Part shown: positions 52,821 through 61,493 of the stretch, piece by piece | Layout: each line of letters starts with the position of its first letter | How positions within the stretch are numbered: position 1 is the stretch's first letter | Assembly: GCA_051599415.1 (NCBI GenBank) | Contig: AP039701.1 | Coordinates: 372,001 to 436,000 of the forward strand | DNA from: Savitreella phatthalungensis | Taxonomy: Eukaryota | Reading direction: 5' to 3' | Length of the DNA stretch: 64,000 nt | Notes under the pieces: model-generated | Told to the model about the DNA's origin: nothing | The model's database searches: none | The model's input: the letters and a program-made list of their open reading frames with translations, nothing else | Position numbers and translations under genes: made by a program

Positions 52821-53238
52821 GCCGAGACGAAAATAATGCATGAAATGTGAGCATAAAATTTAGATTACACTTATGGAATTCGATTTGAATTTCGATCGGC
52901 TGTCCAAGGAGTCGATCTTTCACTATGTAAGTACTGTGTTTCCTCGAGCATGAGCACAAATCTCGATTGCTCGTACGTACGCACGCATTGCACGAACTAT
53001 ACCTTGCAGGTTTGCACGCGCTCGATTGATGCACTGCATTTGCTGGGACACACCTCACCGTACGTGAGTACTCACGCACCAACATCATATTGGTATTGCA
53101 CCAAAATCGCTCAAGCGTACAGCAGATACGTTCTAGACGGTCCAGCCAATTCGATTTGCTCTCTTCGCATACGCCCGTGCGCAGCCTGCGAATATAGGAC
53201 TGCGCGAAAGAAAAGTGATACGAGGTTTGTGATCGATC

Positions 53239-53740
53239 ATGTCAACTAGTGCTCGAAGACGACTGATGCGTGACTTTAAAGTATGGCTCAATCCGACCAC
53301 GAGAAGACGTTGATAACTGACCTTGACAGCGCATGCAGCAAGATCCCCCGGCCGGCGTATCAGCGTCGCCTGTGGCAGACAACGTCATGTTCTGGAATGC
53401 AGTCATCATCGGCCCGGCGGATACACCCTTTGAGGATGGCACCTTTAAGCTCATCCTCCAATTTGAGGAAAATTACCCTAACAAGCCTCCGACCGTCAAG
53501 TTTATCTCCAAAATGTTCCATCCTAATGTCTACAGCTCGGGTGATCTGTGTCTCGACATCCTGCAGAACCGATGGTCCCCAACTTATGATGTCGCAGCTA
53601 TCCTCACATCGATTCAGTCGTTGTTGAATGATCCCAACGTCAATTCGCCGGCCAACGCAGAGGCCGCCAATCTACACCGAGATGACAAGAAAGCATATAT
53701 TCGCAAGGTCAAGGAGACAGTCGAGGCATCATGGGAGTGA
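53239..53740 (+). CDS. RAD6: E2 ubiquitin-conjugating enzyme Rad6/Ubc2; exons 53239-53280 and 53330-53740
   Basis: Spliced [28 protein letters not shown]...FHPNVY...[27 protein letters not shown]; no acidic tail. Confidence 0.97.
53281..53329 (+). other. Spliceosomal intron of RAD6 (49 nt)
   Basis: Donor GTATGG, branch ACTGAC, acceptor CAG, phase 0. Confidence 0.92.
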
Positions 53741-53778
53741 GCCCCTGGGCTGCCACGGCGACGAATACGTATTAACCC

Positions 53779-55014
53779 CTAATGATGATGAATGCCCTCT
53801 TGAGCTGCGAACCATGCCCGCATTGCATTGACCTTATCGATCCTGACCCCAAACAAAGGATGTGATGGCCTTACATCGAAGCACGTCGGATAGTCCTGCG
53901 AGTTTGCCTGATCATCTTCTCCATTCGTTATAGCACTCGCGGTCCATCGAAAAGCTTGTGCAACTGAAGGGTGGCCATGCTCGAGCCGATGCTCGTAAGC
54001 ATAGCGAAGACACGACAAACCGAGCAAAACGTAGCAAGTATGGTAATAGTCGGGCCGTTTGCCCGGCTTGTCGACAAGGCCGCCATGCGCTCCGTTCTGA
54101 CAGCAGAGCAGGATGTAGCGTTCAAGAGCTTTACGATCCAGGAGATCGATATGCTCATCTTCCCATCCATCTGAGGATGTTTGGCGTAGCACATTGCCAA
54201 CAATGGCAAACTCAGCACCTGCCCACCAGCTATAACAGCCATCCACGAGCTTGTTCGAGCGGCCCGAAAGCCCACCCAGATGAGTTTGTCGATGGACGAG
54301 CCAACGTGTGAGAGCCTTGAGGTCGACAGCACTGAGGGCAGCTTTCGGTTCCTCTAGGAGACATAATGCGGCGAGAGTGCAGTAAGAAAGGCCCGCATGA
54401 GCTTCAGCCCCGCGAGTGCCACCGAAGCCGCCGTCGATGCGCCGCTGACATGAACTCAGCCATAGCTTACAGCCGCGGGTGATCTCTGGGGTAAGCAGGT
54501 CGAGAAGAGCGGCACATGCGAGCGCCAAGTAGCACGACCGTGCATCTGCCTCGCCTCCTTCATGGATCACGAAGCTTCCATCTGGCTGCTTCAAGCGAAG
54601 CAACCAGCTATACAAGTTCCGCCTATCAATGCACGTAAATGCTGCCTCTTGCCCGCACACGCAGGCTGCAAGAATCGCCGCATAAGCGCAAGCGATGTGT
54701 GGTAATTGTCCAGGACCTCCACAGAAACCCCCATCTGGATGCTGACATTGCCGCAAGGACTCAATCAGGGTCGTTCCATGATTCGCGATAATACTTGATG
54801 TACCTGGTAGTAGATCAATCCCATTCAAACACCAGTACCAGAGCCATGGTCGACCAGCGTCGAGACTTGTAAATCCTGTTGGCAGAGATCCTAGGCCAGA
54901 CTTTAAGAACACAATATGACGGCTCTCGTTTAGTGCTAAACGCCTTCGTTCTCGGAGTTTCAATTCACAGGTCTGTTGAACCTCCTGCTCCAGAAGACGG
55001 CTCTCGTAAGGCAT
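53779..55014 (-). CDS. RAM1: Protein farnesyltransferase beta subunit
   Basis: LDAGRPWLWYW, GGFCGGPGQLPHIA, GGEADARSCY, EAHAGLSYC, GRSNKLVDGCYSWW (Zn ligands), DKPGKRPDYYHTCY. Exact start uncertain. Confidence 0.93.
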   Translation of the reverse strand: MPYESRLLEQEVQQTCELKLRERRRLALNESRHIVFLKSGLGSLPTGFTSLDAGRPWLWYWCLNGIDLLPGTSSIIANHGTTLIESLRQCQHPDGGFCGGPGQLPHIACAYAAILAACVCGQEAAFTCIDRRNLYSWLLRLKQPDGSFVIHEGGEADARSCYLALACAALLDLLTPEITRGCKLWLSSCQRRIDGGFGGTRGAEAHAGLSYCTLAALCLLEEPKAALSAVDLKALTRWLVHRQTHLGGLSGRSNKLVDGCYSWWAGAEFAIVGNVLRQTSSDGWEDEHIDLLDRKALERYILLCCQNGAHGGLVDKPGKRPDYYHTCYVLLGLSCLRYAYEHRLEHGHPSVAQAFRWTASAITNGEDDQANSQDYPTCFDVRPSHPLFGVRIDKVNAMRAWFAAQEGIHHH

Positions 55015-55043
55015 GCGCTGACGTAGACGAGCATTCACTGCGA

Positions 55044-55085
55044 TGTTGATCAGCGATTGTCGATCAGCCAGTGTTGATCAGCGAT
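55044..55085. repeat. 3 x 14-bp tandem repeat
   Basis: TGTTGATCAGCGAT / TGTCGATCAGCCAG / TGTTGATCAGCGAT starting at 55044, 55058 and 55072. Confidence 0.8.
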
Positions 55086-55108
55086 TTTTCTAAACCTCGC
55101 AACCTGCA

Positions 55109-55646
55109 ATGGAAGACCCCGAGGAAGCCCCGAGCTTGGTCTTGTCGCCTCCAGAGCCGCACGGGCCTCCAACGTCCGGCCCCGCAGATCACGGGATCGA
55201 GCAGTTTTTCCCAGCACTGCATGGCTGTCAGATAAGGCTGCGGAGCGACTTTTGTCACATGTCAGCAAAACATCACTGCTTCAACAACACTTCAACAGGC
55301 GCAAGACACATGAAGGGATTTCGAACAAAGCGATCGCGGTCATCGCGATACAGGCCTTCGTTCTTCAAAAGATGGCGCGCATGAATTTCGATTACGGTAC
55401 CATAAAAGTCTGTTGACCTTGCGAGAAAGGATCTTTGTCTGCAATTCCGTCCGGATCCCATTGCAGCCATTGGACTTAGTGGCTGACTCCGAAGACACGG
55501 CTGAGGATCGAGCTCGTGTGCGACAAGTGCAAAGACTATACGATCCGACGCACATTTGTGTATACGATCGCTACGGAAGACTGGATTCTCGATCTGCTCA
55601 AAGATCATCGATTACGGCAGAGAATGTGAACGGCGTGAACGCATGA
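55109..55646 (+). CDS. Possible small spliced gene of unknown function; exon structure unresolved
   Basis: ATG at 55109 (MEDPEEAPSLV...) and protein-like segments in successive frames; candidate mini-intron 55261-55298 (GTCAGC...CAG). Confidence 0.35.
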
Positions 55647-58111
55647 CCTGTAGCCTGGAAGTGCTTCGATGCAGCCTCGACCCAGTGAAGCCGAAGACTA
55701 TGTAGCATAGCCGATGTTCCCTCCATAACAACAAGGACTGAAATCGTGAGGATGAGCCACATGGCAAAAGCCATGAACAGCACAATCACTCCGACAGCAC
55801 CGGACATCCCAAACGCATTGGATAAGGTCATATCCCACAGAACCTTCGAGAGCTGGTTGTGTGCAAGCGATAGCGCCCAAAGCCGAAGATATGAAGCCGT
55901 GTGCGAGACACAATTCAGGCAGAACTCGATCGTATGAATGATTTGATGGATCATCGTCTCGCCGAAATCGAAGTCCTCCTCTCCATGTATTTCCTCAGCA
56001 ATGATTGCGCCAACTCCTTCTTCTTCGTGATCATTAGCAGACGTGGAAATGCGTCCGTGCTGTTCTGCAACCGCGATCCCCTCGTATCCCGCAGCGCGCG
56101 CTTTGTTCGCCTCGCGACGAAGGACAAGCGGCTTCATCAAAAGCATCCATGGAACACAAACTAGAGCGATGAGTAGCAGAACGATCTGAATCTGCGCCTG
56201 TCCTGCATACAGGGGCTCGTCAACCGTACCGGGCGAGAGGAACATGTAGATGAGCATATTGAGCAAGCTCGGCGGTTGAGCATCTGTCATTGACCAATCG
56301 ACAGACCATTTGTACAGGATACACACGATCAGATAGACGAAGATACTGCAGAGGAAGAGCATTCCCGGGATGAAGTTGGCGACAATGTCGAGTCGCGATC
56401 TGAAGAAGCGGTAGTTCACAAGTGATAAGCACAAGCTGAAAGTCATGTGAATCACGCCAATGACCACGGAGAGCTTCATTTTGAGGGAATTCGTGAAAAG
56501 GAGCCCATTATCTGCTTCCTCCCAGGCAGGATCAAGGCCGATGGGGTATGTGCCGATCTGCACGCCGCTAAGTGTCTCGGCATCACTGCCCTCCGGGAAG
56601 GTCCATCGCGACCCGAAGAGATTCATGGACTTCGAGAAAATGTCGTTGTAGATAAGACCCGTGTACATGGAGTAAATACCCATGAGCAACATGATGTATC
56701 GGCCGTAGAAAGCCATATCGAAAATCTCACCGTATTTGGCGCGCTTGAGCTGCTTCTCGTTCAGAACAAGGTACAGCGCAGCGAGGAACAGGAAGAACCC
56801 GTGGCCGAGATCACCAAACATGATGGCAAAAAGGAATGGAAAAGTGACGATAGCGACCAGTCCAGGATTGACCTCTCGGTATGTTGCGATGCCGTACGCA
56901 TCCATGATTGATTGGAACGCCTGAGTGAATTTGTTTGTGCGATTGAAAGTCGGCGGGTCCTTGAGCGTTCCAATCTCATTCATGATGGATGATTGGCTGC
57001 TGTTGGAGTGGATTGCTGCATCACGTAACGTACGATGCACCTTGTCAAGGTCGAGACGAGGGCACCAGCCCTCAGCGATTAGGCAATGTTGGTGTTCGTC
57101 GTAACTGAACAAGTTCATTGTCTGGAAGATGGCGCGCTCTTTTCGGACGGATACCATCCAGGCCTGCAGATTCTGCGCTAGATAAGATAGTTCCGAATGG
57201 GCTGTTTGCCGAGTGTTGTGCAGAACCGACATGATGTCGCCTATTCGACTGTTAACCTCTGCAAGTTGCGTCTGTCGCTGACGAGAGTCCTCGTCGACGG
57301 CGTACAGAGTCGCGCCGAGGGACTCGGAGATTTTTCGCACCTTGCTGAGGATCTCCCGCCCGTGAGCGAAAATGATGAATATGTTCTTGTCGACAGGTTC
57401 ATTGGTGATCGGATCATTGATCGCCTCGTCGATTGCGACCTGATTCATGTACAAATTACCCCTCAAAATGCGCCAGAGAATGCGCTCCATTGCAGCCATT
57501 CGCGCCCGCGGCACGACGCCGGCAACGAACCCGATATTCATCACAGCGAGCGAGCCACTGTCTGGAAAGCGCGAGGCCGCAGCGCTGTGCTCAACGTCGG
57601 CATTGCTGTCAAGCAAATTTGAGCCATCATCGCTATCGACCGACTGGCGAATTTCACCTGATTGCGCATGCGCTTGGTGAAAGAACGTGTCAGTCTCCCT
57701 CAAAACGTATCGTAGCTCGATCAATTCAACGAAGCGCTTCTGTAGCGTCTCGTGCGATTCATTTAGCGAGTTCAGACGAGCTTCATAATGACGAGCACGA
57801 TCGGCGAGCTCATCAATCTCAGCGATGCTTGGAGCTTGCGCGCTGAGACTGTCGTAGTCAATGCCTTTGAAGGGAATCTGAGCCTGTTCGATCTGCTTGC
57901 CGAAGAAGCGCAGCTGACGCTCGATTTCTTCCACGCGCCGGACGTCTTTGACGAAAGCTCGCTGGAAAGCGGATGTATCTGCGTTGAGGTCGCGAAATTG
58001 TACACATCCGATCTCACCGAGTGCGCTCACGGTCGAGCGTGCGACCTCGGCTGGAAAGTACAGCTGAATTGCAGCAACCTCTTCCGAGCGGAAGAGAGTC
58101 GTATACGGCAT
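55598..58111 (-). CDS. VPH1: V-type ATPase V0 subunit a
   Basis: LFRSEE start, FRDLN...FQRAFV, PPTFNRTNKFT, TFPFLFAIMFGDLGHG, IHTIEFCLNCVSHTASYLRLWALSLAH (essential Arg), LHSLRLHWVE. Likely ATG at 58111. Confidence 0.96.
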   Translation of the reverse strand: MPYTTLFRSEEVAAIQLYFPAEVARSTVSALGEIGCVQFRDLNADTSAFQRAFVKDVRRVEEIERQLRFFGKQIEQAQIPFKGIDYDSLSAQAPSIAEIDELADRARHYEARLNSLNESHETLQKRFVELIELRYVLRETDTFFHQAHAQSGEIRQSVDSDDGSNLLDSNADVEHSAAASRFPDSGSLAVMNIGFVAGVVPRARMAAMERILWRILRGNLYMNQVAIDEAINDPITNEPVDKNIFIIFAHGREILSKVRKISESLGATLYAVDEDSRQRQTQLAEVNSRIGDIMSVLHNTRQTAHSELSYLAQNLQAWMVSVRKERAIFQTMNLFSYDEHQHCLIAEGWCPRLDLDKVHRTLRDAAIHSNSSQSSIMNEIGTLKDPPTFNRTNKFTQAFQSIMDAYGIATYREVNPGLVAIVTFPFLFAIMFGDLGHGFFLFLAALYLVLNEKQLKRAKYGEIFDMAFYGRYIMLLMGIYSMYTGLIYNDIFSKSMNLFGSRWTFPEGSDAETLSGVQIGTYPIGLDPAWEEADNGLLFTNSLKMKLSVVIGVIHMTFSLCLSLVNYRFFRSRLDIVANFIPGMLFLCSIFVYLIVCILYKWSVDWSMTDAQPPSLLNMLIYMFLSPGTVDEPLYAGQAQIQIVLLLIALVCVPWMLLMKPLVLRREANKARAAGYEGIAVAEQHGRISTSANDHEEEGVGAIIAEEIHGEEDFDFGETMIHQIIHTIEFCLNCVSHTASYLRLWALSLAHNQLSKVLWDMTLSNAFGMSGAVGVIVLFMAFAMWLILTISVLVVMEGTSAMLHSLRLHWVEAASKHFQATGHAFTPFTFSAVIDDL

Positions 58112-58361
58112 CCGTCCCAAATGAGCGTGTCGATAGCTTGCGAATCGTCTGCTTTTGGATTTTGTGCTTGTCGGCATCGTCATCTGCAAGCGATTCAAAT
58201 TTTGGTAAGGATAACACGTGCATTCAACCCCAGCGACGATTTCGTGCGTGTTCGCGACCCTGGACTTCGAGGCTGGACGAAAGTCTCGTCCTCAACATCT
58301 CAGAAGAACACACGGTCGCTTCCCAAGGGAACACAGCGAGGTGTTCGGAGACTGCGCGGAC

Positions 58362-61300
58362 ATGTTCGGCGCATCAAGCAGCACGTTTGGCGGGTTTGGC
58401 CAACAGAACAACCAGCAGCAGCAGCAGCAGGGCCAAGGCCAGCAGTCACAGCCTGCTGTCGGTCTTTTCGGTTCATCAAGCTCGAACAATGCCTTCGGTA
58501 CACCAGCGAGTGGCTCAATATTCGGCCAAGCTGGGCAGCAGCAGCAGCAGCAGCAGCAGTCTTCTGGTTCTGGTACTTCGTTCGGCGGATTTGGCAGTGG
58601 CGGTGCGGGCGCGTTTGGCGCATCTTCAGCAGGGCCTATCGGCCCTGCATTCGGAGGTTTTGGCCAGACCAATGCTAATCAAGCGAACAAGGTCGGATCG
58701 TCCTTCGGCTTTGGATCCCCTTCAGCTATTACGCAGCCACCACAAAATACGGGTTTTGGGAACGGGACGACGACTGGTCTGTTTGGTGCAGGTACTTCTG
58801 GACAAGCTTCTTCTAGCACTCCAGCTTTCGGCTCTACTAATCCCGTGGGAGGAATGTTTGGCTCTGTTTCTGGTCAGCCCGCTCAAAGCAATGCTTTCTC
58901 AGGCAGTGGCTCGATCTTCGGCCAGTCCAGCAATCCACCGACAGGTTCGAACATGGGTACAAGCCATCCACCATTCGCTGTCACCTCGGAGAAGGAGTCG
59001 GGCACTGGCAGTGCAATGAATCATTTCCAATCTATAACGTGCATGCCGGCGTACGCAACATCGTCGTTCGAGGAGCTTCGCGAGCAAGATTATGTCCAGA
59101 ACAGGCGATACGGTACGGTCGGTTCTGCCGGCTCAACTGGCTTTGGTGCGCCATCGGCCACTTTTGGCCAGCAGCCGTCAAGCGGTGGCCTTTTTGGCCA
59201 ATCGACGCAGACCGCTGCATCATCACCATTCGGCCAGAGTTCTAGTGGTGGCGGCCTCTTCGGTCAGAGCAGCGCAAACCCTTCGTCAGGAGGTCTGTTC
59301 GCTCCGAGTAACCCTGCGATGACTTTCGGCCAAAGCAACGCTACGTCCACATTTGGACAGAACAACGCGGGCCCTGGGCTGTTCGGACAGCAGAATAACG
59401 GCAGCGCTTCAAATGGCTTCGGCAACTTCGGTCAGCAGAGTAATCAACAGCCGAATTCTTCCACATTTGGTCAAAACACCACGAGCAATGCCTTTGGGAC
59501 GCCTACGGCGAGCAACGCTGGTGGCCTATTTGGAGCTCAGTCCAATTCGTCACCATTCGGGGCTAGCAATCAGAACAATGCCCCGAAACCTTTCTCCTTC
59601 GGAAGCGGTAGCACTGGTGGTTTCGGTCAGTCGAGCGCGTTCGGCTCGAATGCCTCTACGCCTGCTACCGGTGGTCTGTTCGGTCAGAACAATGCAAGCA
59701 GTACGACTACATCTGGAGGATTGTTCGGCCAGCAGCAGACAACAAATGGCGGAGGAATCTTCGGCGGAGCGGCTGCACAAGGAACGGGGACAACCGGCGG
59801 GTTTGGATTTGGACAACAGGCTCAACAACAGGCGCAACCGCAGCAACAGTCACAACAGCCGGGACCTGGAGCAGCACCGGCGTTCTCATTTGCAGGATCC
59901 ACGACAAACAATGCCTCTCAACCAAGTTCCGCGCAAAAGCCGTTCACTTTTGGCAGCGCACCGGTATCTACGTCTGGCACTTTTCCGACGACACAATCAA
60001 ACCAGGCAAAGCCTGCTTTCAGCTTTGGAGGCGCATCGAATACGATCAATACCGGTTCCAATGGGGGTCTCTTCGGTCAGACTCAAGCGCCCACCACCAG
60101 TGGTGGGCTCTTCGGGAATAGTGGGCCTGGTCAGCCTTCGACCGGAGGACTGTTTGGGAACAGTAATACAGGGAACACGTCCAGCGGCGCTTTGTTCGGA
60201 GCAAAGCCCGGTAGCACCTCCCTCTTCGGCGGCGCAAATGCACCGGCTGCCACTAGTTCACCCTTTGCGGGAACGGCTTCTGCGAGTGCGCCTGGGGTGA
60301 CAGGAGGTGGTCTATTCGGTGGTTCCTTCGGTCAGAACAACGCCCAGCAAGGGACTGGCGCTAGCCTCTTTGGTCAGGGTCAGGCGCAAGCGCCGGCGCT
60401 CAACGCATCCATTGTTAGTGGAGCCTATGGGAGCAATCCGCTCTTTAGCAGTGTGCAATCGAGCCCGACACTAGCGGGCTCTCCGGGGCCAGTCGCCACG
60501 CCTCTTCTGTCGAGCGCCGTCAAGAAGAAGCCCGCAATGCTTCCGCAGTTCCGGCTCACGCGTTCTCCTGTATCCAGTGCGCGAGGGCTCGCGTATAAAG
60601 GCCTCAATGGTCTGTCAAATAGCTCTCCCGCGCAAAGTCCCAAGCGCAGCACCATGAGTCTCGTGGATGAATCACTTTTGCTCAATCCGGATGCCTTCTC
60701 TCCGAGGACCAACATGAAGCGTCTTGTTGTGGAGCGTCGGGCTTCCTCGCAAGACCTGCTGCAAAGCGGGACAACGCACCCAGAACCTGTCGACGCTCCG
60801 CCAAAAGATCAAGATCTATCAAGGGAATTGCTAATCAGATCAGCCCGAGACCATCGTGCTGAATCGCCGCCTGACTCTCAAACTGCACCGGACCCTTCAT
60901 CGAAGTCCGAACGAGCACCATCGCGATCAGAGTCTTCAACGACTGCTGCGAATCCGTTCGAGGATGACCAGACACCTGCAGCTTTGAGGTATAACAGTAA
61001 AGACGCGGCTACCCGCAGGGCTGAAAAGGATCAGATCACTTCAGCAACAAACGACTATTGGACATCACCGCCGATGCCTGTCCTGCTTGATTATTCTAAG
61101 GCAGAGCTCTCGAAAGTCCGTGATTTCAAGATCGGTCGACGCGGCTTTGGGCAGATCTCTTTCTTGCAGCCGGTGGACCTCTCGACCTTGGAGCAGCTCG
61201 AGGATCTGCCAGGTGACCTGGTCATCTTCGAGGGCAAGGTCTGTACGGTTTATCCAGACGAGGATCTTAAGCCAGTGGCCGGCAGGGGTCTGAACGTGCC

Positions 61301-61481
61301 CGCAACGATTACGCTCGAGCGCTGCTATCCACTGTCGAAGGACAAGAGGGAGCCAATTCGAGACCCGGAGCATCCGAGGTTTCAGCAGCACGTGGATCGT
61401 CTACGTCGCATGGCCGAAACCGAGTTCGTCGACTACATTGCCGATACCGGGACATGGGTTTTTAAAGTTAAGCATTTCTAA
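58362..61481 (+). CDS. NUP98: GLFG nucleoporin Nup98/Nup116-like with GLEBS motif and autoproteolytic domain, ending at KVKHF-stop
   Basis: Many GGLFG/FG repeats; GLEBS FQSITCMPAYATSSFEELREQDY; AYGSNPLF; APD YWTSP...GRRGFGQISF...VYPD...GLNVPATITL...GTWVFKVKHF. Confidence 0.95.
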   Translation: MFGASSSTFGGFGQQNNQQQQQQGQGQQSQPAVGLFGSSSSNNAFGTPASGSIFGQAGQQQQQQQQSSGSGTSFGGFGSGGAGAFGASSAGPIGPAFGGFGQTNANQANKVGSSFGFGSPSAITQPPQNTGFGNGTTTGLFGAGTSGQASSSTPAFGSTNPVGGMFGSVSGQPAQSNAFSGSGSIFGQSSNPPTGSNMGTSHPPFAVTSEKESGTGSAMNHFQSITCMPAYATSSFEELREQDYVQNRRYGTVGSAGSTGFGAPSATFGQQPSSGGLFGQSTQTAASSPFGQSSSGGGLFGQSSANPSSGGLFAPSNPAMTFGQSNATSTFGQNNAGPGLFGQQNNGSASNGFGNFGQQSNQQPNSSTFGQNTTSNAFGTPTASNAGGLFGAQSNSSPFGASNQNNAPKPFSFGSGSTGGFGQSSAFGSNASTPATGGLFGQNNASSTTTSGGLFGQQQTTNGGGIFGGAAAQGTGTTGGFGFGQQAQQQAQPQQQSQQPGPGAAPAFSFAGSTTNNASQPSSAQKPFTFGSAPVSTSGTFPTTQSNQAKPAFSFGGASNTINTGSNGGLFGQTQAPTTSGGLFGNSGPGQPSTGGLFGNSNTGNTSSGALFGAKPGSTSLFGGANAPAATSSPFAGTASASAPGVTGGGLFGGSFGQNNAQQGTGASLFGQGQAQAPALNASIVSGAYGSNPLFSSVQSSPTLAGSPGPVATPLLSSAVKKKPAMLPQFRLTRSPVSSARGLAYKGLNGLSNSSPAQSPKRSTMSLVDESLLLNPDAFSPRTNMKRLVVERRASSQDLLQSGTTHPEPVDAPPKDQDLSRELLIRSARDHRAESPPDSQTAPDPSSKSERAPSRSESSTTAANPFEDDQTPAALRYNSKDAATRRAEKDQITSATNDYWTSPPMPVLLDYSKAELSKVRDFKIGRRGFGQISFLQPVDLSTLEQLEDLPGDLVIFEGKVCTVYPDEDLKPVAGRGLNVPATITLERCYPLSKDKREPIRDPEHPRFQQHVDRLRRMAETEFVDYIADTGTWVFKVKHF
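58536..58559 (+). repeat. (CAG)8 poly-Gln microsatellite in NUP98; a second (CAG)6 at about 58413-58430
   Basis: Direct reading of the CAG runs, which encode the Gln tracts in frame. Confidence 0.85.
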
Positions 61482-61493
61482 AGTGCCCACTGC

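Noticed and set aside
57788..60300. Long alternative-frame ORFs (57788..58678, 58021..59019, 59353..60300)
   Set aside because: Shadows of VPH1 and of the low-complexity FG-repeat coding sequence, which has few stops in other frames.
58362..60380. Periodic GGnCTnTTCGG repeats as a possible CRISPR-like or DNA repeat array
   Set aside because: They are the codons for GLFG repeats of the nucleoporin, degenerate at third positions; the DNA is eukaryotic.
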